Under the pieces are notes generated by a model, which saw nothing but the letters and a program-made list of their open reading frames with translations, searched no databases and was not told the origin of the DNA. A program made the position numbers and the translations under genes. This document shows, piece by piece, positions 13,530 through 25,826 of a stretch of DNA of 64,000 nt (position 1 is the first letter of the stretch; the number at the start of each line of letters is the position of its first letter). The stretch spans positions 14,384,001 through 14,448,000 of the forward strand of contig OZ281496.1 of NCBI GenBank assembly GCA_965637545.1, read 5' to 3'. Source of the stretch: Phallusia mammillata (lineage: Eukaryota).

Positions 13530-15007
13530 TGTAGTCCCTACAAAAAAATAAACACCCATTGCTAAAAGTTTAGCATACCAGGCTTTTTGTGTGCTGAACT
13601 AGCCTTTGCTACTAACGTTATTCACATATCTTTTGTTCAGTTCAGTTTTCCACGCATCCGTTCTTAATTGGGCACAGCTATTAACGTTTCACACATCCAA
13701 GTTTTGTCAGTGCTGACGGTACATTGGTTAAATTGCTACTGCTTGAAGCCTTTTCGTAAGTATTTTAGTTTAGTCTGTTTAGTTTGAGGCATTTTGTCAT
13801 ATGAACCAACTCTTCAAAATACGTTTCATCCGCAGCAAAAGCGGATTAAACTTTAATGCTGCATACAGTGTAATCAGAAATAAATTTATCACCGCACTAC
13901 AATGTTTGATTGCCTGCTTTTGATAACAATATACAGTAAGCGCGTAATATAATGAGCACAGGAACTAACTTGTCAATAACAGAGCTAGATTACATGCTTT
14001 GTCACGAAGGCATTTTGCGGTCATTCGTAAAATAGGGAGTTGTGGTGCTGCCGTCATAGCTAAAAGGTTCTGCAACCCTTAATGTTTTTATTATTCTACA
14101 ATGGATTAGAAATTAATAATCTTTTTATTCCCTACTTCATTGATTCAAACCAGGGGCTAGGGAATAACCAAGACATACGAAAACGACTGTTCGAGACCAG
14201 TTTCTTTAGACTTGTGATGAGCTTAACCTCAATGTTTTAATAAACCAGCGATTATCTTGAAAAAAATACTGAATTTGAAGATAAACTGAGTGCTAACACA
14301 ACTGACACCACTAGCTCCCGACTGTGACGTAACTAAATAAACGTAAACCAAAGCATGATCAGGAGTTACTGGACATAAATTAAATTATTCGTTTTTTTTT
14401 CATTTCCTTCTCTAACCAAAGCAGAAAACTCGCATACGTATTGTTACATAAAGACCTTAATATATATTTTTGCGATCTAAATTGGTGTAGCAACCACCTA
14501 TTTGTCTTTCACATACAACTATAAATTGCTGTCAGTAGGTGTGCGAGCCCTATACACAAAGCGTATATATTCTCCTGCCTATTTGTTGCAGTGCAGATTC
14601 AAACAATTGCTAATCTCGTAGAACGATGTAAGCCATTCAAAGCGGAAATCAACTGCTTTGTCGCAAAACGTACAACGTCCGGTTGGTGCATTGACATGTT
14701 ATAAACGCGTAGGGGATTAGATACTAATTTCATTATTTGGGGCACGAAATTTAACAGTTTAAAAACACAGGTTTAACCAGTAAATGTTTTTGTAAATTAG
14801 GTCTGTCTCGACAAGTAGACCAAAAATTAACAAATAAATTTACGCACAAGCTTATAAATTAAGTACATATTAGTACAAGCTTATAATTTAACTTGTTTAC
14901 CACTTATAGTTAGTCCGTTTCTATACGCACATGGTATGCACATAAAGATCGTTTACAAGGAATAGATAATAACATTCGACCCATAACTTTCTTTGTTTCG
15001 ATTAAAG

Positions 15008-15774
15008 CAGTGGTTCTTAACCGGGGGACGCCAGACATTTCGAAAGGGGGGCGTGAGCCTAAAGTTACATAACCAAATTTATTTAACTTTGGCCCCACCT
15101 TCTCCTAAAATTAATTTTGCAAGTGTAGTGTATTGTTTGCGAGCACCACGTAATAGAAACGAATATTATGATGCAATACCTTATGGCAAACACATAAATT
15201 TTGAGACACAAGACAAAGTTTTTAGTTTTTAATGCGGGCCGGATAATTTTAATAATCACGCTCGAGAGCCGCGCGGGTTACAGACCCTGACGCAACTGGC
15301 ACTCGCGAGGCGATTTTGACCAGGCCACAAAGGGTTCATGTCGTCCCACGATCTTATCCGTATTCAGATGGTGCCGCTGTTTGATTGCAAAATTATGAAA
15401 AATACAAAACTGTCACATATACCAACCAATGCACGTTTATTCTACCACAAAGAACTAAAAAGGCAATTGTTCGCACACACTTACTATTCTTTGCTTTAGT
15501 CTGTGACGTAACAAACTGCTTTTGGGTGATACTTACGCCTTGTAATCCTGTTAGACAAGGTAAAATTATTACTAAATTGTATAATGTATGTTTGCACATT
15601 TAACGCCCCCGGACCGTAATTAAGTGATCCCTGGTTTACAACATAGGCAACAGAGACTTCTGGTAGTTCCATTGCTGCATGTGTTCAAAAAATGTAGTTT
15701 TTTGCCTGTTTCAGGGGGGCGTGAAGTGCCCGACAAACACCTTAGGGGGGGCGTGGACAAAAAAAGAACCACTG
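15008..15774. mobile_element. hAT MITE containing nested hAT ends
   Basis: Termini cagtggttcttaacc / aagaaccactg. Perfect TSD gattaaag (15000-15007, 15775-15782). Internal hAT-like ends near 15290 and 15633. Confidence 0.85.
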
Positions 15775-16129
15775 GATTAAAGAGAAAATCCTCTTCATGC
15801 TGAAGAAAAAAGGCAGTGCTGTAAGTATAATTTGCTGAAGCTTATCGTTTTGTGAATCGCTGTTTTTAGCTTAGTGACAGCTAGGCCCTCTTAGTTTATG
15901 TAATTCCAATTTCCGCGGCGTTTTGCTTAGGTTTTTTTACTAGTTTCATTGGCTAACCTGCTCACCTGGTTTCAAACCACTGTTGAAAACAATAAACGAG
16001 TTGTCATAAAGTCATATTGTACAAAAACAAACAGTCTTTATTGTTGGAGATGTGTGTTACAATGAAAAGCATTCACAAGCACAAGTGTACTATAGTCGTT
16101 TGCAAAATAAATTAATACGAACCTACCAT

Positions 16130-17300
16130 AACTAACAATCATCATATGACGGCGCAGCATCTATGTCTGGGCAACATAATGGCGTGCAAAAGTATGTCCG
16201 AGACAAATGTCCAAATTCTGTTTACGTGAATTGTGCGTCACACAAACTGAATCTCTGTCTGGCCAAAACTTCAAATGTGCCACCAATATATGCGGCACTA
16301 GCCACTATTTAATCTACAGCCGTAGTTTTTTCTGATTTAAATAAAAGGATGGCCTCTCTGCAATCGTTTATACGATCTGTTTGTCCGGAAAGCGCTCACA
16401 CAAGACTCCAGCAACACTGTCAGACACGATGAGTCGAAAACAGACTTTTAATATTCAGAGAGTTTATCCTGCTGTTTTCGCAGCATTAGATTCTTTGACT
16501 TCGTGTCCTCGCAACGGAGATAAAGCGCTGATGTTAATGAGAGCTATCAGTGAGCAATCATTGTTAGTTGCTTTTGAGGTTACTGCAAGAGTTTTGGAAG
16601 TTACTAAACCGTCAGCAATGCTCCTCCTAACTGTCTCTTTGGATTTGCGTAAGGCTGCAGCATATGTAAATAACTGCGTTGAAACATTAAAGCAGATGCG
16701 AGAAGATGACACATTTTCAATGCTATTTTCGAAGGTCGAGGCACGCCATGGCGGTCCTATAACCCTGCCCCGAATTATTAGACGCCAAGTTAACAGGGGA
16801 AACGCAACGGCCGATTCTCCAGCGTCGCACTACAAGCGAAATGTTTTTATCCCTTCATTGATACTGCCAAATCACAGCTTCGTGAACGGTTTAATGAACA
16901 CTCTGCCAAGGCATTGTCCATGGCAGTCTCTTCTTCCGCAGTTCTAAACGAACCGTTTGGGCGGATCGAAGCTGCTGTTGAAGAGTTTGGTCGATTCCTT
17001 CCAGGACCGAAAGATGTGGTAGATGTTGAGTTTTTCGATGGAAAAACCACTGGAAGCGCCAAGAAGTCAAACCAACAAATCTAATTGATGTGATGAAAGC
17101 AGAAAGTGAACTGCAGACATTTCCCTGCATTTCGAAATTGCTGCAAATATTTGCGACCGCATCAAGTGAGCGTTCATTCAGTACATTAAAGTACTTAAAA
17201 AATTACCTGCGTTCTACTATGGGTAAACCTCGATTGAATGGCCTTGCGTCTTTATTTATTCACCGCGATGTTAAATTTATACGTAATTGTGGAATTTTCG
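16130..17300 (+). mobile_element. Degenerate hAT transposase (ZMYM1/THAP12-like)
   Basis: SYDGAASMSGQHNGVQ, CASHKLNL and dimerisation domain SERSFSTLKYLKNYLRSTMGKPRLNGLASL. Multiple frameshifts. Confidence 0.85.
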
Positions 17301-17691
17301 ATAAAATAGACGTATAGACTTCATGCAGATAGTGTATATTCCCTGTGTCGTATCACGTATGTGTACATTTTCTATTTCTTCCATTCTTTATTCGTTCTTG
17401 TTAAGAAAAACATACCGTCACATGCATACGATCGAATCGTGACTATCACGTTCGCTATTTACAGCAACAGTAAGGGCTTCACGGGCCCTTAGGCTAACCA
17501 GCATTTAATTGATATTGTGAGTTAAGTAGGCACAACAGGTGCTAACAGAGAGACACAGTCTGCCACCAGGTGGAATATATTTTATATTGAGCCCGGGTCA
17601 GTAATTTTATTTTAAAGTAGCACAAGATGGGACTGTATCAAATTAACGAATTCGTTTTTGGCTTGTTTAGCTGAATCAAATAGTTTAAGTT

Positions 17692-18183
17692 ATGAAAGCA
17701 GCAACACCACCAAGACTGGCCGCTAGTGACTATGTGTTAGTTCGGAGAGATACACACCGTCCAGCACTGACAAAGCCATATGACAAGACTTTTACATTAA
17801 AGAGAAGGTGGTATCGATTGACCGCCTTTAAACCTACAAAGCTTGACCTGACTCTGCCAGTTGTTGTTAAACAACCTCTCGGCGCGGCAGGCCACTCTAA
17901 AAAAATCATAGCGTGCAACAAGAACAACCACATTTTTCGGACAAAATACAATTTTTTTGTGTTGTTTTTCTTGTGAAAACTAATCGCTCCTGGAGGGGGT
18001 TCTGTAGCGGCTCCTGTCGCCTATCCATTTCTCACGAAGCGTGGCGTATGCCTTTTTTCTGATTGTGCGCGTGTTTGTGCCTTTTTTCTTTAGTTGCGCG
18101 TGTTTTCGAGGGTTGTAATTTGCGAAATTGCAATTGCAAGAGCCGTAACTCAATACTTATTCCTTGCATCGAGCCTTGTGACA
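17692..18183 (+). mobile_element. Gypsy 3' remnant: integrase tail, PPT and LTR
   Basis: DYVLVRRDTHRPALTKPYD..TFTL resembles a Gypsy integrase C-terminus. A purine tract ggaggggg precedes a TGT...ACA segment at 18003-18183. Confidence 0.65.
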
Positions 18184-18259
18184 AAACAAAGGACACGTTT
18201 ATCTCTGTGACCGCACAACAAACGAGATGGAATTAGTTATTCCTCTAACTTATTGACAG

Positions 18260-19297
18260 ATGAAAGCATTAACTCTAAGCCTCAATCCAATTAGCGATAA
18301 TGGAGCAGAAGTGTTAGCAACCTGCATACATAATATTCACCTACTTGATCTTGAATGGTGTGATATCAGCAGCATTGGAACAAGAGCATTGTCATCAGCC
18401 ATCAACAAACTGTCGAAACCGGTAGGAGTGTTGTGAATTCTTTGTTAACTTTTATATGCTGCCAAGGTTCGCGCAACTTAACAATTTATAAACAATTAAA
18501 GGTTAAATTTACTATTTAGATGGCGAGCTTATCTCTGCGGTACAATCCAATAGGAAACGACGGAGCAAAGTATTTGGCGACTTGCATTCATAATATTGAT
18601 GAACTTGATCTTTGCAAATGTGAGATAACAGATGATGGAATAGTTGAGTTGTCATCAGCAATCTACAAACGTCCTTATCCGGTAGGCCCTTTCTGAAGAA
18701 GTAACATAGCAAAAACTGAATATACGCTTACAAATATGTAGTTGAACAATAACTATAGCATCGACAGGTTAATTAATAATTTACCCCTAAATATCCATGT
18801 TGAAAAAAATACGAAAAAAATATTAGTAAACTTGTCAAGTGTCTTATTATTTGAGTGTACTGGGTATGATCTGCCGATGGATCGCCACCGACCGCATTCA
18901 GCAGTGGACGACCCCATAGGTTCTACTCGTCAACTAAGGTACCATGCCTTTGTCCGTTGAGTTTGAACCCATTAATTTCAAGCATATAATTTCTTAGGAA
19001 ATTTAATTTCTTAATTTGTGAGCAATTATATGAAAAAAACAGCTGAATTTAAAATGCTGTTTGTTATTTTTCATTTCATACGTGTTAACATTCGCTTTAA
19101 ACATAAATATTTCTTAACACGTGTATTTTTAGATGAATTGCATTGATTTGTATATAACTGAGATTGGCAAGTCAGGCGCTGAACACTTTGCTACTTGTCT
19201 ATATAATATAAAAGAGCTACGACGCTACCGGCACTTGGAAATGCCCAAAGAAGTGATTGGAATTGTAAAACCCACAATACAGTGGCTCGAAGATTTA
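18260..19297 (+). pseudogene. RI-type leucine-rich-repeat exons (NLR-like gene 3' part)
   Basis: Phase-0 exons 18260-18421 and 18520-18681 (162 bp each) and 19133-19297 encode LxLxxNPIxDxGAxxLAxCIHNI..LDL..C.I...G. No 5' exons are recognisable beyond the Gypsy LTR. Confidence 0.75.
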
Positions 19298-20069
19298 GTA
19301 AGTTTTGTCACACTTCGCTGATTTTGTATTTGCTCGCTTTGTTGAATAACATTAACTGAACGATTATCACTAAAATAGCAATGCTTTCATTGAAAAACTT
19401 ACCCACAGTCATGGATTGCTTTGCAACATGTTAAATTAACAAAGCCAGTTTTACTGCAATTAACGTTATATTTTGCAATCAGTTTCAGAGGGTCCGCGAA
19501 AGGAAATATGCAGTTTCTGAGGATTTTTAACACTTAGGCTTTAGCAAATGTTTTAAACTTTATCCCCTGTTTAAACAATATCTGTCATCATTATTGGTCT
19601 TTTGTTATGCTTTATTATTCGATAACCTCGCATGTTTTAGGTTTTCTCTTATGACATCATAAAGCATATATTATGCTGTACTACCTACAATCAGTGAATC
19701 GTTCGCATTAGTTAGAAAGGAGTTTCATTAGAAAGAATCGTGACTGCGCTAGTGTACCACGAGATGTAGATGTAGTAGCAAACTGAGTTGGTTGCATTTA
19801 GTAGTTAGAAGAGTTACTGTCAAGTGGCCTTAAACGTCGTCGTCGGAACCATTCTTACTTCTTGTAAAAAGCAGAGCTTGGCTCCTTTGCAAACCTTAGC
19901 TCCTGCATATTTTCAGCTATTGAATTTAGTCCTATTTATCATTTTTTGTTAATGTTTTTCAGTAAATTATATTATTGGAGCAAAGTGTTTTGAAGCATTT
20001 ACCCTGAAAAAGTATACAGCCCGGTAACGAACTCGTCGCGGACCGGTACCGGCGGGTGCCGACCACTGT

Positions 20070-20280
20070 TTTGAAGGACCTTTGAGCCGATGTCATTCTT
20101 GGGCAAGATTTTCTCGAGAGACATCAAGAAGTGACTTGCTGTATAGGAGGCACTAAACCACCGCTTCGTTAGATGCCTGTCCTCTACCTAAGATTGAGGG
20201 AATCGTAAATTTAATTGCTCAAGATCGACTCTACAGTTGTTTTGATCTCCGATCTGCTTACCACCAAGTTCCTTTGCTGG
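20070..20280 (+). mobile_element. Gypsy pol remnant (protease joined to RT by an internal deletion)
   Basis: DVILGQDFLERHQ is followed directly by PLPKIEGIVNLIAQDRLYSCFDLRSAYHQVP. Confidence 0.75.
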
Positions 20281-21892
20281 AAGTCAATTCTTTTTAGTCA
20301 AAATAAGTTATAAAATTTGCGTCTACATGAATATAGTGCTTAAAAAGCAGGTAACATTTTGACAGAAGAAGTTGCGACTGTTGTGCACTCACCCGTAACT
20401 AACAGAAAAACAGATGCACAGTCCACAAGATTGCAAGTACGAGTGCTGGACACCCATCTCATTCGTGTGGGCAACAGTGTAGTAATGCACATAGTCATTT
20501 GATTGTCAGCCATGCAAGCAGAAAACATATTTCATGACACAGAGGTTTGTCTTTGCTTCAGAGCGGGGTAGTAATAATTCATTGAAGAATTCAGGGTGTT
20601 ATATACATTTTTTAGGTTTATATCAAGACAATAATGCCGCGGTGTATGTAAATTTGGTACTTCACGTTAAACTCAGTGAATTTGTGTAACATATGAGCCG
20701 TGTGTTAGTTTACAATTACTTTATGGTAACGCGACAAAAAAAAAACAATGGGACGATTGCTGCAGGTCCCATTTATTGTTCGTCTTTTTCTATTAAATGC
20801 AGTCTTAAATTTTTTTACGAGCAAAAAAATATGATTAAATAAAAACTACTCTTTGTATATGTTAAGAAGAGGTGATATTGCTTCGGCTTGTTGTTTGTTT
20901 GTTTGAAACAACAATTTTAGTGAAAACATAATTTTAGTAATAATTGATATTTCGTAATTCCTGTTCAGCAATTCAACAAAGACGTCAGTGATCATGTGAT
21001 TTTAATTTTAGGCGAGAAGTGTTTAATGCATAAGTTTTGAAAGTACAAGTTTCATGAACGCACAAGTTTTAAAACCTGTGATGGCTCTTTGCGTTTTTTT
21101 TTTTTTTTTTTTTGAAGCGCTGACCACAGAAAAGTATTGGGAGTTTGTAAAACCACTCTTCGCATTATGTTTTTTGCTTTCAAAAGTGATTACATGTTTA
21201 AGAAAAATATTGTTACGTATTGCATTGAACTTTTTATTTTCCTTCAAAAATATTTTGCTAAGTCACGTGCCATACAGGCCGAATGTCAAAATCCCGACAG
21301 ACAAAAATTAAAATAACGATAGGTAAATATTAAATTCCGATAATCACTGGAATCTAATCGACGATGATTGATATTCCTATATTAGCGAGTTAAACACCAC
21401 CCACCAACGAATGGGTTAGTTTACTAGCTAATGAATTTTGTCAGTTCCCAATCTTTTAAAATCACACTGGTTTTATAGACTTTTTTTGTACATCCGGCAA
21501 ATTTGTGCAAGTCATCTCGCTACAATCGAGACAGGGCCTCAGAGTATGTATCGTCGGAGAGACGGGCAGGTTTCACTACGCGCCTGAAGGAACAGCAAAG
21601 ATACGTAACAAAGGGATGTCAGGAAATCGGCCATGTTGCTGTAATTGCCAAGAGACAGGGTACAGAAAATGCTGGTTTTTAGAATCTGAAACTCACGCGC
21701 CAAACGATAAACATAAAAACAAATGTTCTAATGCCGATAAGCTATCTTTTACACCCCATAAACACGGAATTTATCTACGTGATCGCCGTTTTTTTCCCTT
21801 TTTTTCACCCTCTTGGTGTTATAACAACGAATGTGTTGGGTAGCTGACATTAACCTCTTGTAGGACGTCAACACGTCTGATAACTTGTACTT

Positions 21893-21908
21893 ATTCTATT
21901 TTAAAAAG
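21893..21908 (+). other. Genomic relic of the ascidian spliced leader at the retrocopy 5' end
   Basis: ATTCTATTTTAAAAAG matches the Ciona SL ATTCTATTTGAATAAG at 14 of 16 positions. It lies at the 5' TSD junction, 33 nt before the ATG. Confidence 0.8.
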
Positions 21909-24900
21909 GTGACATAACTAAGTAAGGTAATTTGATTGAAAATGAATATGAGTAAGATTTTGTTACCTGGAAGTACTGAGAGTTTACAAACTTCCTCACA
22001 TCAGATGTTTTCTACCACACAAAAGTCTGAAGAAAGTATTCACAGTGGGGTTGAAAACAGTCATCTACCTATTCAAATTCCCAAAGAAGAAACAAAATTA
22101 AATAAAGTGAAGAAATTTGGGTCAAACGTCAGCTTGGGAAGAAACAAGGTGGAACCTTTGTTTGATGAAAATCGGCCAACATCAGCATCAGTTGGTGGAT
22201 TTACTCTGCAAAATAGGCCGAAAACGGCTATAGATGAACTTCGTCATCAGCAATTCTATCACAAACTAAAAAAAACCTCCCCTGTTCAATCCACCAACAA
22301 GCCTAAGGAGCAATCAGCACTGATTAAAGAAAAAGAGCCTGACTTGACACAAACTGATGTGTTTCATGAAACAGCATATATTCCATATGAGTATGCTCAT
22401 GCCATGATTAGTAGAATTGTTGATGATATGAAAAGTATGAAACTGAATCATCTCTCAATTGTTGCTAAAATTGAAAATCAGTACCAATCGATTGAAAATG
22501 AAACTCAGACCCAGTTTGAGACATTTCTTCATGCATTACAAGCCAAGCATCAGTCAAAAATTGATTCTTTTCACCATGTGATTAGTATTTTAAAGTCACG
22601 ATTAGCTTCCTCAAGTCAAAGTTTGGACACCATTGACAGCCTGAAGTTGGAAAATAAACAGTTATTACAAGAAAAAACATCATCTTTGAAAGCTAAAAAA
22701 GAAGCAGCCCAAGAAATTTTTTTCATGCCACTTGTAAATGATAAAAAAGAGGTACCTGGGGTTGTGGAAGAAACTGATGAACAAGGGGAAAAGATTGCTG
22801 ATGACTTACAACAAACAGAAAAGTTATTACAACCAATCGCAGAGCAAAATGATGAAGCTGATGCAATTGTCAAACCTTTGAAAACAAATGCATCTGGAAA
22901 AATATTACCAGGTGACTTCACTGCACACCAAAAGGACCAGTCAGGTTTAGATGAGCAATTTGAAGCTCTGAAACCCATGGACGAAGTTAACAGACAAGTG
23001 GATATTGTTGAGGACACAATAGATGTTGATTCTATACTTAAATCTGATGATGTAACACAGTTTCTAGATGAAACAGAAGATGACATCATGAAACCTATTT
23101 AGAAGATTCAAATTATGATCCAGAGAAAACTTCAGAAGGTTTTATATCTATGAAAACAACGGTTGCTGCTGTTGCAATAATGATTGGAGACGGAGATTAC
23201 GAATCTGCACCAGCGGCTAACTTATCAGAAAAAGATGTCTCGAATGTTAAAATGAAAAGACCCAAAACAGCAGAAAAACGTGGGGTAGACCAGCAACTGC
23301 AAAAAAGTCGCAAAATGCTGGTCGAGTTAAAGAAACAGAACGATGCATATTCCAAACAAATACAGTCTCTCGAACGGCAAATTAACTCTGTTGGTCCAAC
23401 AACAGGAAGTTCGGCTGGTGGTGTTGACAAAGACAAAAAGAATGGAAAAGCAAGTTAAGGATTTGGAAAAAAAGCTTGAGTTCGAAAGCAAAAAGCTGGA
23501 AAAAATGAAAATGTCCAACACTGATTTACAAGGCAACTTACAAGCATCCTCTAAGGAATTGGCTGACCTGAAAAAAAGACTTACAGCCCGAGAGCAGGAA
23601 TGTGCACATCTTCGCGAATCTGCTGGTGCTGGAGTGGTGGCGCTACAGCAGGTGCCCGTATTACAAAGCCAAGTCAAAGATTTGACAAATATGAACAAAA
23701 TCCTGACAGAAAACTATAATTCCGAAAGAATCTTAAGAAAAAAGTACTACAACATGGTTGAAGACATGAAAGGAAAAATTCGCGTGTATTGCCGTGTACG
23801 TCCGTTGAGTTCCACTGAAAAGCAAAACAAAAACAAGAGCGCTGTGTTTTCCCCCGATGATTACACGGTAAAAGTCGAGCAAGCCCGGGGAGACCTGAAA
23901 GAGTTTCAATTTGATCAAATATTTACAGAGTCGAATAGTCAAGAAGACATTTTCGAGGATACAAACAGTCTGGTCCAGTCAGCGGTCGACGGATACAACG
24001 TGTGTGTATTTGCAAACGGGCTCTGGAAAAACGTACACCATGCTTGGCGACAAGGAACAAAAAAATCCTGGTATTGCTCCTCGAGCATTCAGAAGAATTT
24101 TTGATCTGATAAAAGCGAACCAACAGAAGTTTAATTTTCGGATTTCCTGCTACATGCTTGAATTGTACAACGAAAAACTGATAGATCTCTTGGGTAAAAG
24201 TCAAAAGTCCGACGTACGACTGGACATAAAAAAGACAACAAGGGGATGGTATTTGTCCAAGGATGCACAGTTGAAACAGCTGAATCTGCCGATGGTTTAT
24301 ACGAAATTTTTTCGAAAGGATCTGAAAGTCGTCATATTGCTTCGACAAACATGAACAGTGCAAGCTCTAGATCCCATCTTGTCATCGGAGTTGTAATCGA
24401 AAGTACAAACTTGGCAACTGGAGCTGTAACACGTGGAAAGTTGAGCTTGGTTGATTTGGCCGGGAGCGAACGTGTAGGCAAAACCGGAGCCACTGCCACT
24501 CAGCTTAAAGAAGCAAATTCTATCAACAAATCTCTCTCAGCTTTGGGAGACGTGATTTCTGCCTTGTCGAGTGAACAAGGGTTTATTCCCTACAGAAACA
24601 ACAAACTTACCATGCTGATGCAGGATTCCCTCGGTGGAAACGCAAAGACACTTATGTTTGTGAACGTTTCACCTGCTGACTACAATTGTGCGGAGAGCAC
24701 AATTTCCCTGACTTACGCATCGCGAGTAAAATTAATTACCAATGACGCCAGCAAAAATGCCGAAATGCGTGAGGTTGTCAGACTGAAACAAATTATTGCC
24801 AAACTGAAAGCTGGAGAGTCGGTTAATGATGTCGACAGTTAAATCTGTGCCAATGCATCATTTTCAAAGTTTTTATCTGTGTACAGCCATATATAACACT

Positions 24901-24981
24901 GCAGTTGTTTTTTTAGTTTTTTTGCTCTCTCACTTGCAGTCACACCGCGTAGTTATTACTGTGCTTATGTACGATTTAGAC

Positions 24982-25503
24982 CGTTGGTTCTTAACCGGTG
25001 GGAAATTTGTTGCATTCAGAGGGAAATTTTGTAAGACGGGAGTAACCACACTCCAGCCCTCCGTCGAATCCGGCCTTAAATTAACTGTTAAAGTTAATTT
25101 ACTACATTTTTTGCAACATCATGTAAGATTAATTTCACCTAATGTTAGAAGGTCATTTGTAACATCACAGACATGTCTAAAATGTCAATGCTTTTGTTAT
25201 TGTGCGCGAATAAATGCCTTTTCTTTGTTGATTTTGATCAAAAAATGAGTAATGCAACAGAAAGGACATTTCAATATCCCACACACTTTTGCTTTCTCAC
25301 GGTAGCACTATTCAAACTAAATAACATTGTAGTAAGCCTATATGGTCCCAACCAAATTGCTTCACAAAAGTATTTCAATCAAATCATTTTTTTGTTTACG
25401 TCGACCACAAAACATCTTTATGAAAAAAAAAAACAGAGGGGGAAATTCGAACTTGGTGATCGGCTTTAGTGGGAAACTATCCCAAAAAGGTTAAGAACCA
25501 CTG
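24982..25503. mobile_element. hAT MITE in the 3' UTR of the retrocopy
   Basis: Termini cgttggttcttaacc / ggttaagaaccactg. Perfect TSD atttagac (24974-24981, 25504-25511). Confidence 0.88.
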
Positions 25504-25826
25504 ATTTAGACCATTCTAAAGCTAGACTCAAGGAAGATTTCTACGCTGTTATATTTGTCAACGCACAAACGTGTCATTCATTTCATTCTTCAACAAAATG
25601 TGTTTAACTTTTTGAAAACAATATACTTGAAAAGAGGTTACACCATATCACTGAATTACTCAATTTTTCAAAAGGTTGTTGTATTTAATAATTGAGTTGT
25701 TTTACAAATCTCCTATTCCTTGCAAGGTCTGGCCCATGTCTTCACAAATTGTTTTGATCTTGCACTTTTCCGAATAAAGACAATCTGCGATTTTAGACAA
25801 AAAAAAAACTTGTACTTATTTGCCGG

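Larger units (their letters stand above)
21893..25808 (+). pseudogene. Processed retrocopy of a kinesin-14 (KCBP/kinesin-C-like) mRNA
   Basis: Intronless ~2.9-kb CDS 21942-24842 with coiled coil and C-terminal motor (KGKIRVYCRVRPL, GSGKTYTM, SSRSH, LVDLAGSER). Four frameshifts near 23085, 23440, 24013 and 24232. AATAAA at 25773-25778, A10 at 25799-25808, 14-bp TSD aacttgtacttatt (21882-21895, 25807-25820). Confidence 0.93.

Noticed and set aside
10606-15821. Shared 17-mer aaaaaaggcagtgctgt at ~10606 and ~15805
   Set aside because: The homology does not extend, and it does not flank a definable element.
21505-21843. 112-aa plus-strand ORF and a minus-strand signal-peptide-like stretch
   Set aside because: No domain similarity or splice support.
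21893-21938. Possible SL RNA gene (leader followed by GT and AATTTGA)
   Set aside because: It sits inside a TSD-bounded, poly(A)-tailed unit and runs straight into the kinesin ATG, so a retrocopy is the simpler explanation. Not formally excluded.
22616-23698. Minus-strand ORFs opposite the kinesin
   Set aside because: Antisense shadows of a coiled-coil CDS.
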